Assembly: GCA_035546575.1 (NCBI GenBank)
Contig: DASZWN010000001.1
Span: forward strand, 49,082 to 113,081
Direction of reading: 5' to 3'
Length of the DNA: 64,000 nucleotides
DNA from: Minisyncoccota bacterium
Lineage (GTDB): Bacteria > Patescibacteriota > Minisyncoccia > Phycocordibacterales > SBAW01
The position numbers and the translations under genes are program-made. Below the pieces are notes generated by a model, which saw only the letters and a program-made list of their open reading frames with translations, made no database searches and was not told where the DNA came from. How positions within the stretch are numbered: position 1 is the stretch's first letter; every line of letters starts with the position of its first letter. This document shows positions 15,064 to 24,086 of this stretch, one piece after another.

Positions 15064-17439
15064 TTATAGTTTTTCCATCTCGCCCCAATTTTTCCCTACT
15101 CGACCTTCTGCCAAAAACGGAATATGGCGGCGCTCCTCGGGCGCGACGATATTTTCCATAATGCCTTTTATTTTTGGAGCGAGTGCAGCCACTCTTCCCT
15201 CCTCTATCTCAAACACCAGCTCGTCGTGTACCTGGAGGAGCAAGTGTGCACCGTCATGCGCCTCTACATCTTTAAAATATTTAGTGATCTCAACCATTGC
15301 GAGTTTTACGATGTCGGCTTGGGTACCTTGCATGGGCGCATTAATGGCCATGCGCTCCGCTGCTGCGCGCACATACGGTATCGGCGACTTAATACCGTCA
15401 AAATATCTCCGGCGGCCAAAGAATGTTGTTACATAGCCCTGTTTTGCAGCAGTGGTTTTTATCTCATCAATATATTGAGCAAGCCGCGGAAACGCCTCAA
15501 AGTATTGGTTGTAGAACTCCTGCGCTTCGCTCCGTGTGGTACCGAGCGCCTGCTGCAAGGCTGTAACACCCATGCCGTAGAGAATTCCGAAGTTGATTAC
15601 CTTAGCGCGGCGGCGCTGTTCGTAGGAGACATCTTCTGCCCGCACATGGAACACGCGCGAGGCAACCTCGGTGTGCACGTCGCGGCCATCGATAAATGTT
15701 TGTGTCAGACCCTCATCTCCCGAGAGCCACGCCGCAATACGCAGTTCAATCTGACTGTAATCAAACGCTACTAACGTATAGCCTGTATCGGCGACAAACG
15801 CTTTGCGGATAGCGCGGCCAAGCTCGGTTTTGATAGGGATATTCTGGAGGCCCGGATTTTTAGTAGCGAGCCTGCCGGTTGCAGCGCCCATCTGGATAAA
15901 GGTGGTGTGTACCCGATCGTGCTCGTCGAGCAATGTCGGCAGGTTGTCGATATAGGTGCCGAGCAGTTTTGAGAGTTCGCGGTGAGCTAAGATATCGACC
16001 ACGATCGGGTGTTGCGCACGCATTTTCTCGAGTTCGCTCTCGCGGGTCGAGCGTGCGCCTGTTGCTGTCTTTTTTTGCTTTTCGGGCTTGAGACCGAGCT
16101 TGTCAAACAGTATTTCGCCCAGCTGTTTTGGCGAGTTGATATTAAACTCGACACCAGCCGCTTTATAAATACGTGTGGCAATTTTATTGAGCTCGGTGTG
16201 GTACTCCTTAGAAAGCTCCCTCAAAAACTTCTTGTCGATCTTTACACCGCGGCGCTCCATCGCGCGCAACACGGGCATCAGCGGCAGCTCTATCGCCTCG
16301 TACACAAAGGTCAGCTCTTTTTCTTTGATCTCTTTAAGGATTGTCTCTTTTGCTTCCTCAAACTTGCGGGCGCGGCCTGCACGATAGATATCCTCGAGCG
16401 TAGGCTCCGCAATATTGGAGTCGAGCACCGAGGTGGCAAGCGCAATCTTATTAAACTCGTCGTCGGGCACCTGCTCGATGTCTTCCATAAACAGCTCGTC
16501 CCCCGGGACAGGTTCGTCTTTGCTGCCACTGCCCGAAAAGAGCTCGCGCACGCGAGGAACCAGCGAGCGGAACTCAAACCGCGCAAGCAGATCGGAAATT
16601 CGCTTTTCGTCGAGACTTTCCCGCCAGGTCTTTTTAGGGAGAGTAAAATCTATGGGTGCCGCGCAATGAATGGTCGCGAGCTCTTTTGAAAACAGCGCGT
16701 CGTCTCTGCCGTTTTGGATCTTCTCGAGCATTGCGCCTTTTATGCCCGCTTCGGTAATTTTCTCTGGATATTTGTCGAGTGTTTTATACATCTGCTCTAC
16801 GGTGCCAAAGGTGCCCACCAGCGTCATCGCAGTCTTCTCCCCCACTCCTTTGATACCTGGAATATTATCGGACGGGTCGCCACGCAAACCCTTGTAGTCT
16901 GGGATCAGTTCTGGCCCAAAACCAAAGCGTTTGCGTACAGCCTCTTCGTCATAGAGCACAACGTCGGTCAAACCTGTGCGCATCGTAAACACCTGTACTT
17001 GTTCTCCGCGCACCAACTGGAGCGTGTCCATATCGCCCGATGCAATAACTATCTCAATATTTTTTTTCTTCTCGAGTTTTTTCGCAATAGTGCCCAAAAT
17101 ATCATCAGCCTCAAACCCCGAGAGCTCGTAGCGCGGGATCGCGAACGCATCGAGCACGTCGCGTGACTGGATAATCTGCGCAACCAGATCGTCGTCTGTC
17201 TTTTGCCTCGTCGCCTTGTACTGGTCGTACGCCAAATGACGATGTGTGGGGTCCGGCAGATCAAACGCCGCGATAATATAGTCCGGCTCAAGGTCGTTGA
17301 CTATCCTCAGCAAGATAGAAATAAGGCCGTAGAGTGCTCCTGTTGGTTCCCCCTTACTCGATGCAAAGTCCGGAATAGCGTGATACGCGCGATGCAAAAT
17401 GGCATGGGTGTCGAGTATCACAACGCGCTTTTTATCCAT
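15064..17439 (-). CDS. polA: DNA polymerase I
   Basis: 791 aa. The 5'-3' exonuclease N-domain reads ILDTHAILHRAYHA...GFEADDILGT. Polymerase motifs follow: motif A DYSQIELR, motif B RRRAKVINFGILYG and motif C LQVHDELVFE. Confidence 0.9.
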   Translation of the reverse strand: MDKKRVVILDTHAILHRAYHAIPDFASSKGEPTGALYGLISILLRIVNDLEPDYIIAAFDLPDPTHRHLAYDQYKATRQKTDDDLVAQIIQSRDVLDAFAIPRYELSGFEADDILGTIAKKLEKKKNIEIVIASGDMDTLQLVRGEQVQVFTMRTGLTDVVLYDEEAVRKRFGFGPELIPDYKGLRGDPSDNIPGIKGVGEKTAMTLVGTFGTVEQMYKTLDKYPEKITEAGIKGAMLEKIQNGRDDALFSKELATIHCAAPIDFTLPKKTWRESLDEKRISDLLARFEFRSLVPRVRELFSGSGSKDEPVPGDELFMEDIEQVPDDEFNKIALATSVLDSNIAEPTLEDIYRAGRARKFEEAKETILKEIKEKELTFVYEAIELPLMPVLRAMERRGVKIDKKFLRELSKEYHTELNKIATRIYKAAGVEFNINSPKQLGEILFDKLGLKPEKQKKTATGARSTRESELEKMRAQHPIVVDILAHRELSKLLGTYIDNLPTLLDEHDRVHTTFIQMGAATGRLATKNPGLQNIPIKTELGRAIRKAFVADTGYTLVAFDYSQIELRIAAWLSGDEGLTQTFIDGRDVHTEVASRVFHVRAEDVSYEQRRRAKVINFGILYGMGVTALQQALGTTRSEAQEFYNQYFEAFPRLAQYIDEIKTTAAKQGYVTTFFGRRRYFDGIKSPIPYVRAAAERMAINAPMQGTQADIVKLAMVEITKYFKDVEAHDGAHLLLQVHDELVFEIEEGRVAALAPKIKGIMENIVAPEERRHIPFLAEGRVGKNWGEMEKL

Positions 17440-17773
17440 GAGTGGATTTTAGCATGCCGGCATTCTTGATTTAGATGTTCTTTTGTGATGATATACCGAT
17501 AGAAACGGATTGGGAGAACCTCATGAACAAAGAAGAGCTGCGCAACGTTGCAAGTGCCACCCTATCGGCGTTGGGCTTTATTGTCGGGTTTACGTGGGGC
17601 AACGCTATAACCCAGCACTGGAGTCTCGACCCGGTACTCGATTTTTTGTACGGACCGCGAGACACCGTGGCGGAGGTATACCAAAAACTCGAGAAGTACA
17701 GCCAGAATCCTTGCGCTCTACAAAGCTGCATCAACACCTCCAATTTTATTTGGCCGTAACCAGCGCCCTCGGG

Positions 17774-18220
17774 TTAATCCCGAGGGTTCTCTATTGTTAC
17801 CCCTCGCTCCCCTTCTCCTGCATTGTCTGAAGAAAAGGTAATGAGCATGTCTGGCTTGGATAGCATACCTCGGACTTTTTCGGGCCATTCGATACACACC
17901 AAAGCCTTTGGGTCATTAAGAAAAGTTTCGGGCTTGAGTGTGGCAAACTCTTTTGGATCATCGAGTCGATATGCGTCTATGTGTACGAGTTTTTCGAAGC
18001 CTTTGTAGATTATTGGGTACGACTTCATAAGTACGTAGGTTGGGCTTTGCACGGTCTCCTCAACACCAATCGCTTTCGCGAGCGCCTGAGTAAATGTGGT
18101 TTTGCCTGCGCCTAGGTCTCCTGAGAGCGCAATAACCACTGCAGCGTCTTGCTTAGGAGATAGGCTGCCAAGTATTTGTTGCGCAAATGCGGGGAGTTCT
18201 GCGAGCGTAATTTTCTGCAT
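17774..18220 (-). CDS. tsaE: tRNA threonylcarbamoyladenosine biosynthesis protein TsaE
   Basis: 148 aa with the P-loop LSGDLGAGKTTFTQALAKA of the YjeE family. Confidence 0.8.
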   Translation of the reverse strand: MQKITLAELPAFAQQILGSLSPKQDAAVVIALSGDLGAGKTTFTQALAKAIGVEETVQSPTYVLMKSYPIIYKGFEKLVHIDAYRLDDPKEFATLKPETFLNDPKALVCIEWPEKVRGMLSKPDMLITFSSDNAGEGERGVTIENPRD

Positions 18221-18228
18221 ACTAGGTA

Positions 18229-19929
18229 GTGTACAATATATGCATCATGGTGGTCTTTAACGATACCGAAAACGATAAGCGCGTAGACTTTTTGCGCCGC
18301 CGCGAGGAAGAGGAGCTCGCACAAATGCTTGCACCTAAATATGGGGTCGACTATGTCGATCTCTCGCTTGTTGCTGTTAACACCGATGCGCTCCGGCTCA
18401 TTACCGAGGACGAGGCGCGCGATGCAGAAGTGGCTGTGTTCGGCCGCGTCGGGAAGCGCGTTTCAGTAGCAGCACGCGCGCCAGAAAACCCGAAGGTAAA
18501 AGCGATTGTGAGTAAGTTGGCTGATACTGGCTATGAGGTTACGCTTTTTATCACTTCACAGGAGAGTCTTAAGCGGGCATTTACACGCTATGCCGACCTC
18601 TCGTACGCGACTGAGACAAAAGCCGGGGTGTTTGAACTCTCAAACCAGGAGCTCGAAGAGCTGCTTTCAAAGGTAAAGAATCTGAGCGACATCAGCGCAC
18701 TCGTTAAAGAGGCTATCGATCTTAAAAAAGCCTATCGCACGACGCGCATCTTGGAGGTTATCTTAGCAGGCGGCCTTTCAACCGGCGCGTCCGACGTGCA
18801 CTTCGAGCCGGAGGAGGCACAAGTGCGTTTGCGCTACCGCCTCGATGGCGTGCTTGTCGATGTCCTCTCTTTCGATCACGAAACATATCGCCAGGTGCTT
18901 TCTCGCCTCAAACTCCTCTCAGGGCTCAAACTCAATATTAACAACGAGGCGCAAGACGGCCGCTTCTCGATAAAAATTAAAGGCGACGAAATAGAGCTGC
19001 GCACCTCGATCCTCCCCGGCAATTATTCAGAGACTTTGGTGCTCCGCATTCTTAACCCAAAGTCGATCGGCGTACCGCTTGAGGAGCTTGGCCTCGAACC
19101 CGAGCTGCGCGCACGGATCGAGAAAGAAATCGAGAAGCCAAATGGCATGATCCTCAATACCGGTCCGACTGGCTCGGGTAAAACAACCACGCTCTATGCC
19201 TTTTTGCGTAAAGTTAACGCTCCCGGCACAAAGATCATCACTATCGAAGACCCGATTGAATATCACCTACCCGGCATCGTCCAAACCCAGGTAGATAAAA
19301 AGAACTATACGTTCGCGAGCGGCCTGCGCTCAACCCTGCGCCAAGACCCCGACATCATCATGATCGGCGAGATCCGCGACGGGGAGGTTGCCGACACCGC
19401 TATCAACGCGGCGCTTACCGGCCACCTCGTGTTCTCGACCCTGCACACCAACAACGCAGCAGGCACGTTCCCCCGCCTGATCGACCTCGGCGTATCGGAA
19501 AAAATATTGTCCTCCGCAGTAAATGTAGCAATGGCACAGCGCCTCTTGCGCAAGCTGTGTACTGCGTGTCGCAAACAGCGGCCCGCAAATGATATCGAGC
19601 AGAAGGTAATCGACCGTATTTTAGGCGATGTCGTCAACCGGGCATTGATTCCGGCTGAAACGCATGTCATGTATACCGCTTCTCCCGAGGGATGCCCCGA
19701 GTGCGGCGGCCGCGGTTACAAAGGCAGAATCGGTATATATGAAGCCATATTTATGGACTCTGCTATTGAGAAAATATTGCGCGAAAGGCCCTCCGAGCGC
19801 GAGATTGCCGCCGCCGCAAAACCGCAAGGCATACCCACCCTGCAGCAGGACGGAATACTCAAAATGTTGCGGGGTATAACTTCGCTTGACGAACTAAGAC
19901 GCGTCGTCGATATCGACCAAGTGAATTGA
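18229..19929 (+). CDS. pilB: Type IV pilus / type II secretion assembly ATPase (PilB/GspE family)
   Basis: There is a GSPII_E N-domain, Walker [15 protein letters not shown], Asp/His boxes, and a tetracysteine motif CTACRK...[17 protein letters not shown]. Confidence 0.85.
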   Translation: MYNICIMVVFNDTENDKRVDFLRRREEEELAQMLAPKYGVDYVDLSLVAVNTDALRLITEDEARDAEVAVFGRVGKRVSVAARAPENPKVKAIVSKLADTGYEVTLFITSQESLKRAFTRYADLSYATETKAGVFELSNQELEELLSKVKNLSDISALVKEAIDLKKAYRTTRILEVILAGGLSTGASDVHFEPEEAQVRLRYRLDGVLVDVLSFDHETYRQVLSRLKLLSGLKLNINNEAQDGRFSIKIKGDEIELRTSILPGNYSETLVLRILNPKSIGVPLEELGLEPELRARIEKEIEKPNGMILNTGPTGSGKTTTLYAFLRKVNAPGTKIITIEDPIEYHLPGIVQTQVDKKNYTFASGLRSTLRQDPDIIMIGEIRDGEVADTAINAALTGHLVFSTLHTNNAAGTFPRLIDLGVSEKILSSAVNVAMAQRLLRKLCTACRKQRPANDIEQKVIDRILGDVVNRALIPAETHVMYTASPEGCPECGGRGYKGRIGIYEAIFMDSAIEKILRERPSEREIAAAAKPQGIPTLQQDGILKMLRGITSLDELRRVVDIDQVN

Positions 19930-19943
19930 ATCTATTTAAATTG

Positions 19944-19963
19944 CAAATCGGCGCGCCGATTTG
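19944..19963 (+). terminator. Hairpin downstream of pilB (CAAATCGGCGCGCCGATTTG)
   Basis: Perfect 20-bp palindrome 15 nt after the pilB stop. The downstream T-run is weak. Confidence 0.45.
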
Positions 19964-20015
19964 TTGCACGCGTCAACATTGTGCGTGGCTTCTTCGGTAG
20001 TACAATTGAGTGAGA

Positions 20016-20035
20016 CCTGCCTATCGGCAGACAGG
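20016..20035. repeat. Palindromic repeat copy (CCTGCCTATCGGCAGACAGG) in the pilB-ruvB intergenic region
   Basis: A member of the GC-rich palindrome family, closest to the copy at 5967. Confidence 0.75.
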
Positions 20036-20270
20036 GTTCGAGGGAGAGTATCTCTAAGCAATAAACAATTCGAGCATGTCGAAAGGCGGACACCGCCTCT
20101 GAGGATAACTTCCGTACGCTGGCCCGGAGGCCTGCAACCAAAGTGTCCTTAAAACGGCTCCAAAAACCGGTGAAGGTTTATATTGCTTAGAGATACACTC
20201 ACCCGAACGTATAAAAAGAAAACTCCCGAGTACGGAAGTTCTATCTAGAGCCTATCATACTATTGTTTAT

Positions 20271-21326
20271 ATGTCAAGCAACCCCACACAACCCGAAAAA
20301 GAGGACGAGGGCTCTGTTGATGTAGCCCCCGGGGGGGCTAAGACAGAAGACTTTCTCGACCAGACGCTCCGGCCGGCTTCTTGGAGCGAGTATATCGGAC
20401 AAGAAGCGGTCAAAAATAACCTTCATATTTTAATTTCTGCCGCAAAAGAGCGCGGCAATCCGCCCGAACATATCCTTTTTTATGGGCCGCCCGGCCTCGG
20501 CAAGACAACCCTCGCACATTTGATAGCGCGAGAGCTCGGAGGCACGTTGCGCTCGACCTCGGGCCCTGCAATCGAGCGCGTCGGTGACCTGGCGTCGCTG
20601 CTCACCAATCTGCAGCCGGGAGATATTTTATTTATCGACGAGATCCACCGCCTCTCGCATGCGATTGAAGAGGTGCTCTACCCCGCGATGGAGTCGGGCA
20701 TGCTCAACATTATTATCGGCAAGGGGCCGAGCGCTCGCACGCTGGAGCTCCCGCTGCCGCCATTTACGCTCGTCGCTGCCACGACGCGCGTCGCAGATCT
20801 CTCGGCGCCACTGCGCTCGCGCTTTAGTGGCGGCGTCTTTCGTCTGGAATTTTATTCCGATGATGACATTGCCAAGATTGTCGAGCGTTCGGCTAAGATA
20901 CTTGGTGTCGATGTGGAGGAGAGCGGCGTTAAGGAAATCGCAAAGCGCTCGCGCGCAACACCGCGCACCGCCAACTACCTGCTCAAGCGCGCACGCGACT
21001 ACGCACAGCTCAAGCGCACCCCACTCTCAAGCAAAGCGGTTTCCGCGGCGCTTGGCATGCTCGAGGTAGATGAGCTCGGCCTCTCTGCACTCGACCGCAA
21101 GTTACTTACCGTGCTTATCGAGCGCTTTAACGGCGGTCCAGCCGGTGTGAATGCACTCGCTGCAGCACTCGCGGAGGAACCAAACACTATTTCAGAAGTG
21201 CACGAGCCGTTTCTCTTGCAGCTGGGCCTTATTGAGCGCACGCAGCGCGGCCGCGTAGCAACAGCCAAAGCCTACGAGCACCTAGGCTTTGATGTGCCTC
21301 TCAATTTGAATCAGAAGCTGTTGTAA
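20271..21326 (+). CDS. ruvB: Holliday junction branch-migration ATPase RuvB
   Basis: The AAA+ Walker A reads LFYGPPGLGKTTLA and Walker B reads ILFIDEIHRL. A RuvB C-terminal winged helix follows. Confidence 0.9.
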   Translation: MSSNPTQPEKEDEGSVDVAPGGAKTEDFLDQTLRPASWSEYIGQEAVKNNLHILISAAKERGNPPEHILFYGPPGLGKTTLAHLIARELGGTLRSTSGPAIERVGDLASLLTNLQPGDILFIDEIHRLSHAIEEVLYPAMESGMLNIIIGKGPSARTLELPLPPFTLVAATTRVADLSAPLRSRFSGGVFRLEFYSDDDIAKIVERSAKILGVDVEESGVKEIAKRSRATPRTANYLLKRARDYAQLKRTPLSSKAVSAALGMLEVDELGLSALDRKLLTVLIERFNGGPAGVNALAAALAEEPNTISEVHEPFLLQLGLIERTQRGRVATAKAYEHLGFDVPLNLNQKLL

Positions 21327-21474
21327 CTATGCGGATAAAAGTATTTTTTGCTTGGTATGATTTTTGGGTCGGGTGGTTCTGGGATCGGAACGAAAAAATC
21401 CTATATATCTGTCCTATCCCAATGTGTGTTATTAAAATCTGGAAGGAGGAGTAATTGTATAGTAAGGTACTGAC

Positions 21475-22002
21475 ATGGCAGGACACTCTAAATGGGCCAA
21501 ATTAAAACACGTTAAGGGTAAGAGCGACGCACAAAAGGCAAAACTTTTCTCTAAACTCGTGCGCTTTATTTCTATCGAGGCAAAAAAGGCTAAGGGCGAC
21601 CGCACTGCGCCCGGCGTGCGCACTGCTATCGAGAAGGCACGCGCCGCCAATATGCCGGCTGACAATATCGAGCGAGCGCTCGAGAAGGCCTCCCAGAGCG
21701 GCGAGCTTGAGCCGGTTGTGTACGAGTCGTACGGCCCGGGAGGCACCGCGCTGATTATCGAGGGCTATACCGACTCCCGCAACCGCACTGCGCAGGAAAT
21801 AAAAAAGATATTGAGCGACCATGGCACCGCGCTCGCCAACCCGGGCGCCGCATCATGGGCATTCGCTAAAAATGCCGAGGGCAAGCTTGAGCCAATTACC
21901 ACAGTAGAAATATCTGAAGAAGACGGTGGCAAGCTTGAGGCGCTTATTGACGCGCTCGAGGATCATGACGACGTTAACGAAGTCTACACAAACGCTGCTT
22001 AG
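21475..22002 (+). CDS. yebC: YebC/PmpR family DNA-binding transcriptional regulator
   Basis: The N-terminus reads MAGHSKWAKLKHVKGKSDAQKAKLFSKL. It has the conserved position upstream of ruvC. Confidence 0.85.
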   Translation: MAGHSKWAKLKHVKGKSDAQKAKLFSKLVRFISIEAKKAKGDRTAPGVRTAIEKARAANMPADNIERALEKASQSGELEPVVYESYGPGGTALIIEGYTDSRNRTAQEIKKILSDHGTALANPGAASWAFAKNAEGKLEPITTVEISEEDGGKLEALIDALEDHDDVNEVYTNAA

Positions 22003-22005
22003 CGT

Positions 22006-22476
22006 ATGCGAGTCTTAGCATTTGACCCTGGCTACGAGCGGCTCGGCGCCGCAGTGCTCCAAAAGCAAAACGGAAAAGAGATACTTTTATATTCCGACTG
22101 CATTCGCACACCGGGCAAACTCCCCTTCCCCGAGCGGCTCAAGCTCCTAGGCGCCGCCGTACAAGTAATGATCGAGGAGTATAAGCCAACCGAGGTGGCA
22201 CTTGAGGAAGTGTATTTCGAAAAAAATGCAAAAACCGCCATGCAGATAGCCGAAGTGCGCGGCATGCTCACCTACATAGCCGCATCGCACGGCCTTGTGG
22301 TACACCAATACACGCCGCTTGAGGTCAAGGTTGCCATTACCGGCTACGGTAAGAGCGACAAGTCGGGGGTTGCCATGATGGTGCCTCGACTGATATCGCT
22401 TCCCCAGAAAAAACGCCTCGACGACGAGCTCGATGCCATCGCCGTAGGGCTCACCTGCCTGGCCTCAGTGCGTTGA
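22006..22476 (+). CDS. ruvC: Crossover junction endodeoxyribonuclease RuvC
   Basis: The N-terminus MRVLAFDPGYERLGAAV carries the RNase H-fold catalytic Asp. The C-terminus reads ...DELDAIAVGLTC. Confidence 0.85.
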   Translation: MRVLAFDPGYERLGAAVLQKQNGKEILLYSDCIRTPGKLPFPERLKLLGAAVQVMIEEYKPTEVALEEVYFEKNAKTAMQIAEVRGMLTYIAASHGLVVHQYTPLEVKVAITGYGKSDKSGVAMMVPRLISLPQKKRLDDELDAIAVGLTCLASVR

Positions 22477-22614
22477 TTGCCTAGGAAGTGCAGCCTTTTC
22501 AGGATATCCACACACTCCCTGGATACAATAGGTTGCAAAGATCTCCGCGGGTTGGTACAAATCTCGTATTGGAGAAATTAACCAATTATTAGCAGATTAG
22601 AGTATATAGAAGCC

Positions 22615-22782
22615 ATGCATACAGAGTTTGCGTACGATGAGCACATGATGGAGGAGGATAAGGAGGACACAGAAATCGGTACATTCCTGGCCGGAGACGA
22701 GGAAGAGACTGACGACCTTGAAGACACAGATGGAGACGAGGAAGAAGAGGAAACTGAGGGAGAAGACGAAGAAGAAATATAA
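22615..22782 (+). CDS. Candidate 55-aa hyper-acidic peptide (MHTEFAYDEHMMEEDKEDTEIGTFLAGDEEETDDLEDTDGDEEEEETEGEDEEEI)
   Basis: The ORF (ATG 22615 to TAA 22780..22782) is below the table's length cutoff. It has about 60% Asp/Glu and is followed immediately by a strong bidirectional terminator. No clear Shine-Dalgarno sequence is present. Confidence 0.3.
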   Translation: MHTEFAYDEHMMEEDKEDTEIGTFLAGDEEETDDLEDTDGDEEEEETEGEDEEEI

Positions 22783-22783
22783 C

Positions 22784-22824
22784 AAAAAACCCGCCCAAGT
22801 TATTTCAACCTGTGCGGGTTTTTT
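22784..22824. terminator. Bidirectional rho-independent terminator between the acidic-peptide ORF and tyrS
   Basis: AAAAAACCCGC-(19 nt)-GCGGGTTTTTT forms a GC stem flanked by A6 on one side and T6 on the other. Confidence 0.65.
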
Positions 22825-22825
22825 G

Positions 22826-24040
22826 TTACCTTACTTTTATAAACCGGTTCTTCCCTATTTTGATCGTCGTATTTTTTACTTCCGTATCGATGCTTGGTAT
22901 CTTTTCGCCACTCTCCACGTACGACACGGCACCAGCATCTACCAAGCGACGCAACTCGCTTGTCGATACGCCCGTAACCACCTCGCGCAATTTTCCCGCA
23001 GGTACGCTTGGCATATCCACCGGAGCCTTCCCTGCAAAGAGCGCTTCGGACGCTTCCTTTGCCTTTTGTGCCTCGGCTACTCCATGTACAAGAGCGGTTA
23101 CTTCAAAGGCGAGCTTTTTTTGCGCCGCACGTGTCGATGGGTTTTGGCGCTGCTCTTCCATTGTTTTTTCTATCTCGGCTTTTGCCACGAGCGTCATCTT
23201 TAAGAGGTACTGCTCTACATCTTCATCATGGGTGTTAATCCAAAACTGATATAGCTGAAATGGCGATGTCTTTTTGGGGTCGAGCCATACTGCGTTGCCT
23301 TCGGACTTACCAAACTTTTTGCCATCACGCGTTGTCAGGAGCGGCCACGAAAGCGCATAGGCTGTATCGCCAGTCTTTTTACGAATAAGCTCTGCGCCAG
23401 AAACAATATTCCCCCACTGGTCGGAGCCGCCCACCTGCAAGTCACATCCGTACTTAGTGTGCAGATACAAGTAGTCGTAAGCCTGCAGCAGCATGTAGGA
23501 AAACTCCGTGTACGAAATGCTCGCGTCGGGAGTCTCGAGGCGCGGGCGTACGGAGTCGCGCTTTATCATTTCGTTGACCGTAAAATGCTTGCCGATGTCG
23601 CGCAAAAACTCCATGTAGTTGAGAGAGCGCAGCCAGTCGGCGTTATTAACCATGGTAAACCTGAGCCCGCCCAGGAGCTGGGTAAACTGCTTTTTGAGCG
23701 CGGCCGCATTGGCATCTACCACACTGTCACTCAACAAGTTCCTCTCCGCAGACTTACCGCCCGGGTCTCCAACCATGCCGGTACCGGCACCAACAATGAT
23801 GATGAGCTTGTGTCCGTCTTCAAGGAAGCGGCGCAGCACTAAGATGCCCTGTAGCTGGCCCACGTGCATCGAGTCGGCTGTCGGGTCGACGCCTAGATAC
23901 AGCGTGCGTTTCTTGCCGTCGGTTATCTCCTCAAGCGGCGCAGAGTGCTGATACACGTAACCACGCTCTCGCAATATCTGCGAAAGTGGCCCAGATGTAT
24001 GCGTGGGTAAAGCCTTAGGCGTACGGGAAAAGAAACCCAT
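22826..24040 (-). CDS. tyrS: Tyrosine--tRNA ligase
   Basis: The start is at the internal Met (MGFFSRTP...) of the table ORF. The HIGH-like motif reads DPTADSMHVGQL, the KMSKS motif reads KFGKS, and a C-terminal S4 domain is present. Confidence 0.85.
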   Translation of the reverse strand: MGFFSRTPKALPTHTSGPLSQILRERGYVYQHSAPLEEITDGKKRTLYLGVDPTADSMHVGQLQGILVLRRFLEDGHKLIIIVGAGTGMVGDPGGKSAERNLLSDSVVDANAAALKKQFTQLLGGLRFTMVNNADWLRSLNYMEFLRDIGKHFTVNEMIKRDSVRPRLETPDASISYTEFSYMLLQAYDYLYLHTKYGCDLQVGGSDQWGNIVSGAELIRKKTGDTAYALSWPLLTTRDGKKFGKSEGNAVWLDPKKTSPFQLYQFWINTHDEDVEQYLLKMTLVAKAEIEKTMEEQRQNPSTRAAQKKLAFEVTALVHGVAEAQKAKEASEALFAGKAPVDMPSVPAGKLREVVTGVSTSELRRLVDAGAVSYVESGEKIPSIDTEVKNTTIKIGKNRFIKVR

Positions 24041-24086
24041 ATATGGAAATACTGTAGCACACGGCGAGGCGTGATAGAATTGCTGA

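Noticed and set aside
19964-20270. Tested whether the pilB-ruvB spacer encodes tmRNA, RNase P RNA or SRP RNA
   Set aside because: No GGGG 5' end and no tRNA-like CCA 3' domain (tmRNA). No GGAAAGTCCGGGC or ACAGAANCCGGCTTA P4 motifs (RNase P). Only a weak resemblance to the SRP GGAA-tetraloop helix. I left it as an unassigned structured region.
22589-22798. Table ORFs 22589..22798 and 22597..22785 on the minus strand
   Set aside because: They are low-complexity translations antisense to the acidic-peptide frame and run through the terminator hairpin. The plus-strand 55-aa frame with its own terminator is more plausible, though still unproven.
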